Source: an uncultured delta proteobacterium
GTDB taxonomy: Bacteria > Myxococcota > Kuafuiibacteriia > Kuafuiibacteriales > Kuafuiibacteriaceae
Reading direction: 5' to 3'
Assembly: GCA_963803435.1 (NCBI GenBank)
Contig: CAWDML010000005.1
Span: forward strand, 352,001 to 416,000
DNA length: 64,000 bases
In this document: in pieces, positions 23,128 through 33,641 of the stretch
Position numbering within the stretch: position 1 is the first letter of the stretch
Layout: the number at the start of each line of letters is the position of its first letter
The notes under the pieces: model-generated
Seen by the model: only the letters and a program-made list of their open reading frames with translations
The model's database searches: none
Told to the model about the DNA's origin: nothing
Translations under genes and position numbers: made by a program

Positions 23128-24134
23128 GGTCGGCGGCCGCCGGCGCCGCGATCCTCGCGCTCTCCCTCCTGGCCGCGGCCTGTCCCGAGACGCCGCGGGG
23201 CCCGCGGCCGGTGCCGCCTCCGGCCGCGACCCAGACCGCCACCACCTGCGACTTCGACGCGCTTGCGCGGGAGGAGGCGACGCTGGACAGCGCGCCGGGC
23301 GTTCGGGTCCTGGTGGTCCGCGTGGCCGCGCCCGGCGCCCGCCGCGGCGCGGCGCTCTTCACGCACGGCGCCGGTTCGCAAGGCTCTGCGCTCTGGGACC
23401 TCCGAACGAAGGACTACTCCTTCATGCGCAAGCTGGCTTGCAACGGATTCGACGCCTACTCCGTCGACGTCCGTGGCTTCGGCGGCTCCACCAAGCCGCC
23501 GGCCCTCGGGGCACCGGCCGCCGATAACCCGCCCGTCGTGCGGGCCCGCGAGGTCATGCCCGACGTGGATGCGGCGATCCGGTTCGCCGCCGAGCGATCG
23601 CACGTGAAGCGGGTGGATCTGATCGGGTGGTCGTGGGGCACCGACGTGGCCGCGATGTACGCCGGCCTTCACCCGGACGCCGTGGAGAAGCTGGTCCTGT
23701 TCGCGCCCGTCTATGATCGCCGCTGGCCCACCCGCCACCAGACGACCAACGCTTGGTACCCGGTGAAGAGGGAGACGTTCTTCGAGTACTTCGATCCCGC
23801 CAAGGAGGATCGGGCCGTCCTCGAGGAGTTCGTGAAGGCGCTGTTCCGCTTCACGCCCGGCGACGAGCTCCGCCTCCCGAACGGTCCGTACGCCGATCTC
23901 TACGGCGACGACGCCCCCGGCTGGGACGCTGCCCTGGTGAGAGCTCCGGTGCTGGTGGTCCGCGGCGACCAGGATCGCGCCTCTCTCGATCCGAACGCCC
24001 AGAAGCTCTTCACCGATCTGGTGAACGCACCGATCCGCCGCTACGTCGTCCTCGGCGGCGCCGATCACTTCGCGTTCCGCACCTTCCACTACCGCGAGCT
24101 GCAGGCGGTCGTGCTCGGCTTTCTGCTCGAGTGA
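23124..24134 (+). CDS. alpha/beta-hydrolase lipoprotein
   Basis: Lipobox LAAAC, HGAG oxyanion motif, GWSWG nucleophile elbow, GDQD and GADH. ATGA overlap with the upstream gene. Confidence 0.88.
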   Translation: MRSAAAGAAILALSLLAAACPETPRGPRPVPPPAATQTATTCDFDALAREEATLDSAPGVRVLVVRVAAPGARRGAALFTHGAGSQGSALWDLRTKDYSFMRKLACNGFDAYSVDVRGFGGSTKPPALGAPAADNPPVVRAREVMPDVDAAIRFAAERSHVKRVDLIGWSWGTDVAAMYAGLHPDAVEKLVLFAPVYDRRWPTRHQTTNAWYPVKRETFFEYFDPAKEDRAVLEEFVKALFRFTPGDELRLPNGPYADLYGDDAPGWDAALVRAPVLVVRGDQDRASLDPNAQKLFTDLVNAPIRRYVVLGGADHFAFRTFHYRELQAVVLGFLLE

Positions 24135-24138
24135 TCGA

Positions 24139-25083
24139 TCAAAGACCGAACTGCAGGATGTCCTGCACGACCGGGCGAACCATCGTGTCGAAGCGGATCG
24201 GGATCCCTTCGAAGTCGTCGAACATGTAATTGAACCGCTCGAACCGATGCGTCGAGCGCGAGTAGTCGTAGTCCGGGGACACGACGCCGAGCTCCTCGAT
24301 CCCGAGGTACGCCTCGGGCGTCTCCCGCTTGCTGCCGCCCAGCACGCGCAGCGCGCCGGCCACGCCGACCACGCGTCGGAACTTGTCGAAGAGCGCGCGC
24401 TGGCTCGGGTAGCTCTCGAACACCCGCCGCTTCACGTCGCTTTCCCGCGCCTCGAGCTGGAGACGGCGGCGGTCGCCGTCGAACCACGGCTTGAATCGGA
24501 GCGCGACCGCGATCGTGTACTCGTACGCAGGGCACTGCACGATCGGGATGGGCCGCCCAGTCTCCTTCCGGAGATCGCGCACGACGCGCGCCGCCATCAC
24601 GTGCGTGAGGTCGTGCTCCGGATGCCCACCCTGATACGCGAGCAGGAACACCCGATCCGGATCCGCGTCCCTGATCGCCTCCTCCACCCGGAAGGCCTCG
24701 CCGCGGAAGTACTCGAGGGCCGCCTCGCGGATCGCACCACTCTGAGCCACCTGGGTGAGCCGCCGGTAATTCTCGATCTCGGAGGCGGCCAGATCGATCT
24801 TGTCCTCGCGCGACCCCCCGAGCGCGATCACCGCGTCCTCGGCCTCACGCATCCGCATGGTCGCATAGGCCTGCGGATCCGTGCCTGCGGCCGGCGCCAG
24901 CCCGTCCCCGTTGGTCCACCACACGAACGTTCCGCGCGTGCCCGAGCCGATGATCCGATGGATGATCCCCGCCAGCACCGACTCGTCGTCCTGGTGGGCG
25001 AAGATGAAGAGCGGGCGTCCGTCGGCGCGGACGAGCCAATCGGTCGATACGTCCTCGGGTCGAGCGGACCTCGGATCCTCCAT
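24139..25083 (-). CDS. PIG-L/LmbE-family deacetylase
   Basis: AHQDDE, TNGDG, RMREA and GGHPEH motifs. Confidence 0.88.
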   Translation of the reverse strand: MEDPRSARPEDVSTDWLVRADGRPLFIFAHQDDESVLAGIIHRIIGSGTRGTFVWWTNGDGLAPAAGTDPQAYATMRMREAEDAVIALGGSREDKIDLAASEIENYRRLTQVAQSGAIREAALEYFRGEAFRVEEAIRDADPDRVFLLAYQGGHPEHDLTHVMAARVVRDLRKETGRPIPIVQCPAYEYTIAVALRFKPWFDGDRRRLQLEARESDVKRRVFESYPSQRALFDKFRRVVGVAGALRVLGGSKRETPEAYLGIEELGVVSPDYDYSRSTHRFERFNYMFDDFEGIPIRFDTMVRPVVQDILQFGL

Positions 25084-25140
25084 GCGCGGGCCGCAGCTTC
25101 CCACTTCCGAGATCGTGTTGCACCCCGTATGCTTTTTCGA

Positions 25141-25800
25141 ATGTCGCGGCTCCTCCTCCTCGCTCTGGTCCTCTCGGCGGTGCCCGCTCGCGCGCAGCAG
25201 TGGGAAGAGGTCGGGACCGAAGACGGGGTCACTGTCTGGCAACGCGAGATCCCGGGCTCGTCCCTGGTGGAGTTCCGCGGCCGGGGGATCGTGGAGGCGA
25301 GCTTCAAGAAGATCCTCGCCATCTTCCACGACGACAAGCGCAAGACGGAGTGGATGAACGGTTGCGTCGCCAACAAGCGGCTTCGCATCCTCGGCCCCGG
25401 CCGGAACATCTTCTACAACCGAACCGGCTCCAAGTTCCCGTTGGTCTCCGACCGTGACGTGGTCATGGAGAGCGCCACCGACGTCTGGCGCGAGAAGCGG
25501 CGGATCCGCATCGACGCCTGGAGCGTCGAGGACCCCACCATGCCGCCGGTGGACGGCGTCGTGCGGATGCCGGACTTGCGCGCGAGCTGGATCCTCACGA
25601 TCCTCGACGATCACCAGACCGAGGTCGACTACACGGTGCGCGCCGATCCTGGAGGCTCGCTCCCCGCGTTCGTGGTCAACTGGGCCGCCCAGAGTATCCC
25701 CCGCAAGACCATCCTCAACCTCCGGGCTCAGGCGACAAAGGATGGCTACGACAAAGATATCGGGTACGTGGAAGCCGCGTTCGACTGGAAGGGGTTCTAG
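25141..25800 (+). CDS. secreted START-domain lipid-binding protein
   Basis: Signal peptide, WEEV..EDGVTVW, VSDRDVV, VRM and ADPGGSLPAFVVN. Confidence 0.88.
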   Translation: MSRLLLLALVLSAVPARAQQWEEVGTEDGVTVWQREIPGSSLVEFRGRGIVEASFKKILAIFHDDKRKTEWMNGCVANKRLRILGPGRNIFYNRTGSKFPLVSDRDVVMESATDVWREKRRIRIDAWSVEDPTMPPVDGVVRMPDLRASWILTILDDHQTEVDYTVRADPGGSLPAFVVNWAAQSIPRKTILNLRAQATKDGYDKDIGYVEAAFDWKGF

Positions 25801-25840
25801 TTTCCCGGAACGTCGCGCGCGCCTAAGCTGTTCTAGAGCC

Positions 25841-26551
25841 GTGGAGCAGCGCACCTCAGACCACCGGTGGGCGATCGTGATCATCGCTACCCTCGCGGTC
25901 GTCATCTGGCAGCTGCCCTACGGGCGCTTGATCCTCTACCCGCTCTCGATCCTCGCCACGTACGCCCACGAGATGGGCCACGGTTTGACCGCCGTGCTCA
26001 TGGGCGCCAGCTTCGACAACCTGCAGATGTTCGCCGACGGCTCGGGCTTCGCTCGGTGGCACGGGGACGTGGGCCGGATCGCGAGCGGCCTCATCGCCGC
26101 CGGCGGTCTCGTCGGTCCCTCGATCGCGGGCGCAACGCTCCTTGCCTTCACCCGGAAGCCGCGGATCGCCCGCCATCTCCTCCTGGCCGTGGGCGCGGCC
26201 ATGCTGCTCTCGGTCGTGCTGGTGGTGCGCAACCTCTTCGGCCTGGTGTTCGTCGGCGGTCTGGGCGCGCTCTTCGTGGTGCTGGCCCGCGCCGGTCGCG
26301 GGCGCTTCGCGGCCTTCACGCTGCAGCTGGTCGGCGTGAGCCTGTGCCTCGCGATCTTCAAAGACGTCGAGTACATGTTCAGCGAGGGCGGCCTGGTCGG
26401 CGGTGTCCAGCGGATGAGCGACTCCGCCGCGATCGCCGACGCGCTGTTCCTTCCCTACTGGTTCTGGGGTGGGCTCACGGCGCTGTTCTCGTTCGCGGTG
26501 CTCGCGCTCGGAATCTATCTTGCCTTCAGGAACCATCCGAAAGAGAAGTAA
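25841..26551 (+). CDS. M50 (M50B-like) membrane metallopeptidase
   Basis: HEMGHG zinc motif, AAGGLVGP, SDSAAIA and several TM helices. Confidence 0.85.
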   Translation: MEQRTSDHRWAIVIIATLAVVIWQLPYGRLILYPLSILATYAHEMGHGLTAVLMGASFDNLQMFADGSGFARWHGDVGRIASGLIAAGGLVGPSIAGATLLAFTRKPRIARHLLLAVGAAMLLSVVLVVRNLFGLVFVGGLGALFVVLARAGRGRFAAFTLQLVGVSLCLAIFKDVEYMFSEGGLVGGVQRMSDSAAIADALFLPYWFWGGLTALFSFAVLALGIYLAFRNHPKEK

Positions 26552-26553
26552 CC

Positions 26554-27249
26554 ATGGCGATTTCTCGAACCCGTGACGATGGCTGGTCCGTCGCTCAGTC
26601 GACGCAGGTGGACCGCGTCGAGTTCATCCACAAGACCTATCAACACCTGGCGCTGGCGATCGCCGCGTTCGTCGGCGTCGAGACGACCCTCCTCCACATC
26701 CCGGGGATCGAGAACCTCGCGTTCGGCATGTTGCAGGCCTGGTTCCTCGTGCTCGGCGCGTTCATGCTGGTGTCGTTCATCGCCGAGAAGTGGGCGCGAT
26801 CCGCGGTCTCGCTCGGCAAGCAGTATGCCGGCCTCGGGCTCTACGTGGTCGCGGAGGCGGTCATCTTCGTTCCGCTTCTTTACATTGCGAAGCTCTATGA
26901 CCCGGGCGCCATCGTGAAGGCGGGCGTCGCCACCGGGATCGTGTTCGCAGGGTTGAGCGCGGTGGTGCTGGTGTCGAGGAAGGACTTCTCCTTCCTGCGG
27001 TTCGCGATCTGGGCCGGCAGCTTCGGCGCCCTCGCCCTGATCGTGGTCGCCATGCTGTTCGGGCTCTCGTTGGGCACCTGGTTCGCAGTCGGAATGGTGG
27101 TTCTGGCGAGCGGCGCAGTCCTCTATCACACCTCCAACGTCCTGCATCACTACCGTCCCGGGCAGCATGTCGCTGCCGCCCTTGCCTTGTTCTCGAGCGT
27201 CGCCTTGATGCTGTGGTACATGATTCAGCTCTTGACCTCCCGCCGATAA
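26554..27249 (+). CDS. Bax inhibitor-1/YccA family membrane protein
   Basis: About 7 TM helices, RVEFIHKTYQHL, RKDFSFL, LYHTSNVL and AAALALF. Confidence 0.88.
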   Translation: MAISRTRDDGWSVAQSTQVDRVEFIHKTYQHLALAIAAFVGVETTLLHIPGIENLAFGMLQAWFLVLGAFMLVSFIAEKWARSAVSLGKQYAGLGLYVVAEAVIFVPLLYIAKLYDPGAIVKAGVATGIVFAGLSAVVLVSRKDFSFLRFAIWAGSFGALALIVVAMLFGLSLGTWFAVGMVVLASGAVLYHTSNVLHHYRPGQHVAAALALFSSVALMLWYMIQLLTSRR

Positions 27250-27344
27250 GTAGGACGTAGGAGCACCCCCAACCACCGGAACCACCCTCGCACCTCAGGG
27301 GCTCTGACATGGGGCGTGGGCGGTGCTAAGGTCCGAAAAACGTT

Positions 27345-29726
27345 GTGTCGACGGTCCGGCTCGGTGACCACGAGCTGCTCATCCGCCTCGCATCCGGCGG
27401 CGCAGCCAACGTGTTCTTGGTGCGCGACCTGAAGGCCCCGCCTCCAGGACGTCTCCTCGCGCTCAAGATTCTCCTCCCTTCGCTCGCATCCAACGAGGAC
27501 TTCCTCAAGATGTTCTTCGCCGAGGCGAAGCTGGCGGCGCGCCTCGTCCACCGCAACATCGTCACCATCGCCGGGTTCGGGCAGGTCGACGGCATCCACT
27601 GCCTGGCGATGGAATACGTGTTCGGCGCCAGCCTCGCCCAGGTGCTCCGGGCCTCCGCCCGCGCCAAGAAGCCGCTCACGGTGGGCGTCCTCCTCCGCAT
27701 CACCGCCGACGTCTGCGACGCGCTCCACTACGCGCACGAGCTCACGGACGAGAGCGATCAGCCGATGGGCGTGGTCCACCGCGACGTCACGCCCCAGAAC
27801 ATCCTGATCGGTTTCAATGGCGTCCCCAAGCTCACCGACTTCGGGATCGCCAAGGCCACCAACCGCGGCTGGGAGACGCAGGCCGGCATCGTCAAGGGCA
27901 AGTTCTCGTACATGTCGCCCGAGCAGGCGCTCGGCAAGCGCGTCGATCGCCGCTCGGACATCTTCGGCGCCGGCATCGTGCTGTGGGAGGCGCTAACCGG
28001 GCGAGATCTCTTCAAGGGTACCACGCCGATGGAGGTGCTGACGGCGATCCGCGAGCAGAAGATCGAGCCGCCCAGCCGGGTCGTCGAAGGGCTGACACCG
28101 ATCGTCGATCCGATCGTGATGAAGGCGCTGCGCCGGTCGCCCAAGCAGCGCTATCAGAGCGCCGCCGAGATGCGCGACGACATCGAGGATCTGATCCGCC
28201 GCGCCGGCGTCGAGATCGACTCGCAGACGATCTCGCGCGAGTTCGCCGCGATCTACGGCGACGAGATCGTCGAGCGCGCCTTTGCGCTCCGCGCGGCCAT
28301 GGCCGGCAAGCCGGACCTGGAGAACCTGGCCCGCGTGCTCGGTGGCGCGCTGCTCAATCCGAAGCATCTGCCGGCCATGATCCCCGGCGGTCCCACCGAT
28401 CCCGATCCGCTGGGGCTGTTCGCCGAGGAGATCCCGGCCTTCCTGTCGATCCGCGACAGCAGCCCGCGCAACGGATCGATGCCGGCGCGAAGCGAGTTCA
28501 CGGGCAGCGCGCTGCCGGCCGACGACTTCGACATCGAGGTCGAGGAGGAGGAGGAGCTCTCCCACCAGGAGATCGCGCGGCTCGAGCCGGAGCACGCCGA
28601 TCCGATCGACATGGAGACTGCGCCTCGACTCCCCGGCGAACGGGCGCTGTCCGGATGGGATGACAGCACCGGAATGGTCGTCCCCGACGACGAGCTCCTC
28701 TCGATGCTCTCGGAGGAAGACGCGACGATCGGCTACCTCCCACCGCAGTTCGCCGATCGCTTCGGGGCCGCGCTCAAGAAGGCGCTCGAGGAGGACGAGG
28801 AGGCCAACTTCGACGACGAGGCGACCGTCGGCATCAGCGACAATCACCTCAAACGGCTGAGGGCGCTCAACCGCGCGCCGGCCTACCAGCGGTGGGACGA
28901 CGATCCGGCCCCTCCGTTCCTGGCCACGCGCTCGCTGCGCCCCATCCCGAGAGCGCCCTCCCTCGACATGGAGCGCGGCTACGACACCCGCGAGCGGCCG
29001 GTCCCGCGCGCGCCTTCGCTCGACATGGACGGCATGACCCCGGTGCCCGACGTCGAGGAGGCGCGCCCGCCACCGGCGCCGCCGCCGCCGCCGCCGCGCC
29101 GGCTCTCGAACCAAATCGAGGAGGACACCGGGCCCGAGCTGCCTCCGTTCCAGCCAATCCCCAATCTCAAGCCCCTCTTGCCGCACGAGGACGAGCCGCT
29201 CGAGCCGTCGATGCCGGGAGAGTCGGTGCTGTTCCTCGAGCCGGAGGAGCACCCGCCGATGGCGACCATCGGCGGTGTCGCAGTCGACGGATCGGATAAG
29301 TATCTCCTCGCGCTCGACGAGCTCGGCGCTGACGAGCTGCAGGCCGGCAGTAACGGGATGGACGGTCCGCTCGGCGCCAACCTGGACAACTCGGTCCTGC
29401 TCGAGCCGTCGAACCCGCTCTCGCCCGACGACCTTCGCGCGCTCGCAAGCGAGATCTCAGACCGCGGGAAGACACCTCCGCCGTTGATCCTCCCGCCGCC
29501 TCAGCTCTCCGTGCCGGGGATGCACACGCCCGCGCCGCCCCGCGCCGCCGGCTCCATGCCGAGTGGATCGCACCCCTCTGCGCTGGGCGGTCCGGATCCG
29601 TTCGGGCCCGGCTCGATCCCGCCGCCGCAGCGGGGGATCCGTCTCACGCCCCTGACGCTGGGCATCCTGATCCTGGGGCTGCTGGCGCTCGGGCTGGGGC
29701 TCGGCATTCTCCTGGCGGCGAAGTGA
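27345..29726 (+). CDS. membrane-anchored Ser/Thr protein kinase
   Basis: HRDVTPQN, TDFGIAK and GKFSYMSPEQ, a long acidic/Pro-rich linker and a C-terminal TM. Confidence 0.92.
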   Translation: MSTVRLGDHELLIRLASGGAANVFLVRDLKAPPPGRLLALKILLPSLASNEDFLKMFFAEAKLAARLVHRNIVTIAGFGQVDGIHCLAMEYVFGASLAQVLRASARAKKPLTVGVLLRITADVCDALHYAHELTDESDQPMGVVHRDVTPQNILIGFNGVPKLTDFGIAKATNRGWETQAGIVKGKFSYMSPEQALGKRVDRRSDIFGAGIVLWEALTGRDLFKGTTPMEVLTAIREQKIEPPSRVVEGLTPIVDPIVMKALRRSPKQRYQSAAEMRDDIEDLIRRAGVEIDSQTISREFAAIYGDEIVERAFALRAAMAGKPDLENLARVLGGALLNPKHLPAMIPGGPTDPDPLGLFAEEIPAFLSIRDSSPRNGSMPARSEFTGSALPADDFDIEVEEEEELSHQEIARLEPEHADPIDMETAPRLPGERALSGWDDSTGMVVPDDELLSMLSEEDATIGYLPPQFADRFGAALKKALEEDEEANFDDEATVGISDNHLKRLRALNRAPAYQRWDDDPAPPFLATRSLRPIPRAPSLDMERGYDTRERPVPRAPSLDMDGMTPVPDVEEARPPPAPPPPPPRRLSNQIEEDTGPELPPFQPIPNLKPLLPHEDEPLEPSMPGESVLFLEPEEHPPMATIGGVAVDGSDKYLLALDELGADELQAGSNGMDGPLGANLDNSVLLEPSNPLSPDDLRALASEISDRGKTPPPLILPPPQLSVPGMHTPAPPRAAGSMPSGSHPSALGGPDPFGPGSIPPPQRGIRLTPLTLGILILGLLALGLGLGILLAAK

Positions 29727-29727
29727 C

Positions 29728-31649
29728 ATGAAGCGCATCGTCAAGACGGCTTGCAATCGGGACTGTCCGGATGCTTGCACGATCCGGGTGACCGTCGAAG
29801 ACGGTCGCGCGACTCAGCTCCGCGGCGACAAGGACGATCCGGTCACCGCCGGATTTCTCTGCGAGCGAACCCAGCGCTTCCTGACGCGCCAGTACCGGCC
29901 CGACCGCTTCACCTCGCCGATGCTACGCCGCGCGGGCGAGCTGGTACCAATCGGCTGGGACGAGGCGCTCGGGCTGGCGGCCGATCGTTTGTCCTCCGCG
30001 AAACGTGAGGATGGTCCCGCCTCGATCCTCCACTACCGATCCGGCGGCTCGCTCGGGATCCTCAAGCTGGTCTCCGAGGTGCTGTTCAACGCCCTCGGTC
30101 CAGTGACGGTGAAGCGGGGTGACATCTGCTCCGGCGCCGGCGAGGCGGCGCAGGAGGCGGACTTCGGGATCAGCGAGAGCCACGATCTGTTCGATCTGCT
30201 GCAGAGCCGGCTGATCGTCCTCTGGGGCAAGAATCCGCACACCTCGGGCGTCCATCTCCTCCCGGTCCTCAAGGCGGCGAAGGCGCGCGGCGCTCGGATC
30301 GTCGGGATCGATCCGGTGCGGACCCGGACGTCCTCCCTCTCGGACCTCTTCCTGACGCCGCGGCCCGGCTCGGACTTCGCGCTGGCGATGGCGGTGGCGC
30401 GCCGGCTCTTCGAGACGGGCGCGATCGATCCCGACGCCGGCGCGTACTGCGACCACCTGCCGGAGCTGGAGCGCCTCGCCTTCGCGGAGTCCATCGCCGG
30501 GTGGGCGGCCGCGGCGGATGTCCCGGAGGACGACCTGCTGGCCTTCGCCTCCCTCTACGCCGAGCACCGCCCTGCCGCGATCCTGGTGGGCTGGGGGCTG
30601 GGCCGGCGGAGAAACGGCGCGCGCACGGTCCGGGCGATCGACGCCCTCTGCGCGATCAGCGGCAACCTGGGCGTCTCCGGCGGCGGCGTCTCGTACTACT
30701 TCGGGCGACGCACCGCGTTCGAGCATGGCTTCGGGGCGAAGGCTCGACCGGCGCCGCGCACGCTCGCGGAGGCGACGCTCGGCCGCGAGATCCTGGAGGC
30801 GCGGATCCGACGATCCGCGTCGCGTGGATCACCGCCGGCAATCCCGTCTCGATGCTCCCTGACGCCGGGACCGTGCGACGCGCGCTCGAGCAGGTCGACT
30901 TCACGGTGGTGGTGGACACGCACCCGACCGACACCACGGACGTCGCCGACCTGGTGCTCCCGACGCTGACGCTGCTCGAGGACAGCGACCTCTTGGGCGC
31001 CTACGGCAACCACTGGCTGCGCGTGTCGGAGCCAGCGATCGCGCCGCCGGAGGGCGTCCGGCACGAGCTCGAGATCTGGCAGGATCTCGCCGAACGACTC
31101 GGGCTCGCTGACGTCTTGGCTGGTACGATCGACGCGTGGAAGCGCCGCGCGATGGCGCGGCTCGAGGGTGAAGGCATCACGCTCGAGCGGCTGCGCCAGG
31201 GCCCGGCCCGCAACCCGTTCGCCAAGCGGGTGCTGTTCGAGGATCGCCGCGTCCGCACGCCGAACGGCAAGGTCCAGCTCCTCGACGTGCCCGCCGGGCC
31301 GCCGCCTGCGCCCACTCCGCTCTATCCGATGACGCTGCTGGCCGTCTCGACGCCGAAGGCCCAGTCGTCGCAGTGGTCGATCCCGATCCCGGATGGCCCT
31401 CCGGAGGTCTACGTGCACTCGTGCGCCGCTGCGGGTCACGTGGACGGCGAGGAGGCGTGGCTCGAGAGCGAGCTCGGCAGAATGCGGGTCACCGTGCGGA
31501 TCGATGATGCTGCCCGGCCCGATCTGGCGCTCATGGAGAAGGGCGGCATGTTGCGCGATCGCCGGTGTGTGAACAGCCTGGTCCGCGCGGAAGAGACCGA
31601 CCTCGGTGGAGGCGCGGCCTACTACGATCAGCTCGTCCGGTTGGTCTAG
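29728..31649 (+). CDS. molybdopterin-dependent oxidoreductase with an apparent -1 frameshift at ~30803
   Basis: TACNRDCPDAC...FLC 4Fe-4S motif, WGKNP and PRPGSD. The C-terminal half (AGNP, DTTDVADLVLP) is in ORF 30501..31649. Confidence 0.88.
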
Positions 31650-31735
31650 GAGCGTGTAGCGCGTAAGCGCTCACGCGACCCCGCTCCGGGTCCCGGTCCC
31701 GGTCCGGGTCCCGATCTGAAGAGGGCTGCCTTGAG

Positions 31736-33093
31736 TCAGACGCTCGCGACGGTCGCGAGCTTCGATCGGTACTCTTCCTGCGGGCGTAGACCGCCTTGCG
31801 GTCGCGCGTTTGCAACTTGTCTCGCATTCGCTTGCGAGCGAGCGAGGCAGGTGTGGGCTCCGAAGCTGATGAGGACGGAGTCGACGCGTCTTGGTTCTGT
31901 TCGCGTCCAACAGCGATGTGGGCATCGATCTGATTGTTGTCGCAGAATTCGATGTTGGTCGCGCTCAGATAGCCGTTGTCTGCCGTCATCTTCCGCGGAG
32001 CATCGCCGCAGTTGCCGAACACATCAGGGAGCATCGGGACGAGGTGTTGCTGATCAGGTGCCTGGTTGCTGACCCCTTCGGCGACAATCACCTGAGCGTG
32101 CTCATCTACGACAACTTGGGCATTGTAGGCCTGGAGGTACGCTCCCTCCTTCAACATGATCCTGCTGTCTGAGTCGGTGAAGTTCCTCTGAGCGTTGGGC
32201 CTCGGTGTGCCGTCCACATTTGCAGGAACGCGATGATGCGGCCATCCATCATTTCGTTCAGTTGGGTCTGGGGATGGTTCGAGCTGGTCAGCCTGCGCTC
32301 TTGCCTTCTCGGCTCGAGTTCTCGCTCGCTTCTGCTCCACCCGATCCACAAGAGCATCATCCGCTTTGCTCTGCTGCTCTTCGGCTTGCCTGCGCAATTT
32401 CTCCGCGCGAGCCCTGGCGGCATCCTGTTCCAGCGCAGCCTTCGCTTCTCGAATGCGGGCAAGGCGGGATTCACGGCGAGCGAGCTCCGCTGGGATGTCC
32501 TCTTCAGTCTCTTCAACGCCCAGCCGCTCGTCTTCCTCTTGGTCGATCGTGCGCGCTCGCTCCAGCAGCTCTTCGATCTCGAGAGACAGCCGCTTCTCTT
32601 CCTCGGCCATCCGGTCGTAGGTCATCGCCTTGTGCTTGCTCGCGTTCGCCTGCACCTTCGAGCCATCGAGTGCGACGTGTCCGAGCCGCACCAAACCTGC
32701 TTTCTGGCAAAGCTTCAGGACTTCGAGGAAGAGCGCTTTCAGTGCCTCCAGGTGGACCAGCCGAAACTCGTTGATCGTCGTGAAGTGGGGATGACTTTCT
32801 CCAGCCAGCACCCGGAATGGAATGTCTTCGTAGGTCGCCCGCGCGATCCTCCGCGACGAATAGATGCCGGTGCAGTAGGCGTACAGAAGCAGCGCGATCA
32901 TCATTCGAGGCGAGTGCGGTCGCTCGCCTCGCGGGTCCTTGGACTGGATCGAGATCTCGATCGCGCTCAGCTCTACCTCATCGACGACGTCCAAGACGAA
33001 GTACGCGAGATGATTTTCTGGGAGCCACTCGAGAGGGGACGGCGGGAGCAAGAACGATTGTCTCGGAGTCCAAGAACGGTATTGCTTCGCCAC
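31736..33093 (-). pseudogene. IS1182-family transposase with a 127-bp deletion removing the VEP (catalytic Glu) region
   Basis: Q.FLLPPS..WLP.NH, LLYAY..GIYSSRRI, LDGSKVQANASKH, NFTDSDSRIM, YNAQ and TADNGY. The segment equal to 18658-18784 is missing, so the ORF reads through to 31531. Confidence 0.9.
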
Positions 33094-33212
33094 GAAACCA
33101 TGGGATCAAGTCCAGGCGTCGAAGTCGATCCGCCCAACGATCGATTCCAGACGAAACGACCTCCAAGAACTTCTGCTGGTCAAAGTGGACGAGCTACCGC
33201 AAGCTAGCTTGC

Positions 33213-33579
33213 ATGGTCACTTTCGATCACGAGAAGCTCGAGGTCTACCAGCTCGCCGTCGAGTGCCGACATCGCTGAAGAGATCGCACAAGAACTGCAA
33301 CCCGGTCACGCTCACGTCCGCGATCAGCTTCGGCGGGCATCCGATTCCATCGTGAACAACACCGCCGAGGGCGCCGGAGAGTTCAATCCACCTGAGAAGG
33401 CTCGCTTCTACCGGATGGCACTTCGCTCTGGCACCGAAAGCGCCGCCTCACTCCACACCTGCTTGAGGCGCCGACTCGCCAACGAGCAGAAGGTCCAAGG
33501 CGCCAGAGCCAAGCTCAAGCGCGTTGTCGAGATGCTCACGCGAACGACGGAAGGCTCTGGCGCCTCATCAAGTCGATGA
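33213..33579 (+). pseudogene. four-helix-bundle protein (23S rRNA IVP / Avd-like family), frameshifted at ~33264
   Basis: MVTFDHEKLEVYQLAVE then, in another frame, DQLRRASDSIVNNTAEGAG..EKARFYRMALRSGTES, matching the family pattern F..L.VY..A / QL.RA..SI..NIAEG / A..S..E. Confidence 0.82.
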
Positions 33580-33607
33580 ACGCACGCCGGGCTGCAATGA
33601 TCGCCAT

Positions 33608-33641
33608 CGGGACCGGGACCGGGACCCGGACCCGGACCGGG
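33608..33641. repeat. GGGACC/CGGACC hexamer array (subterminal)
   Basis: CGGGACCGGGACCGGGACCCGGACCCGGACCGGG, with an inverted counterpart at ~31685-31713. Confidence 0.85.

Noticed and set aside
31531-31735. C-terminal extension of the transposase ORF (DRDPDRDRDP...)
   Set aside because: Read-through caused by the 127-bp deletion, translating the hexamer array rather than real protein.
33213-33579. Diversity-generating retroelement suggested by the Avd-like gene
   Set aside because: No reverse transcriptase and no template/variable repeat pair with adenine-specific mismatches was seen in the window.
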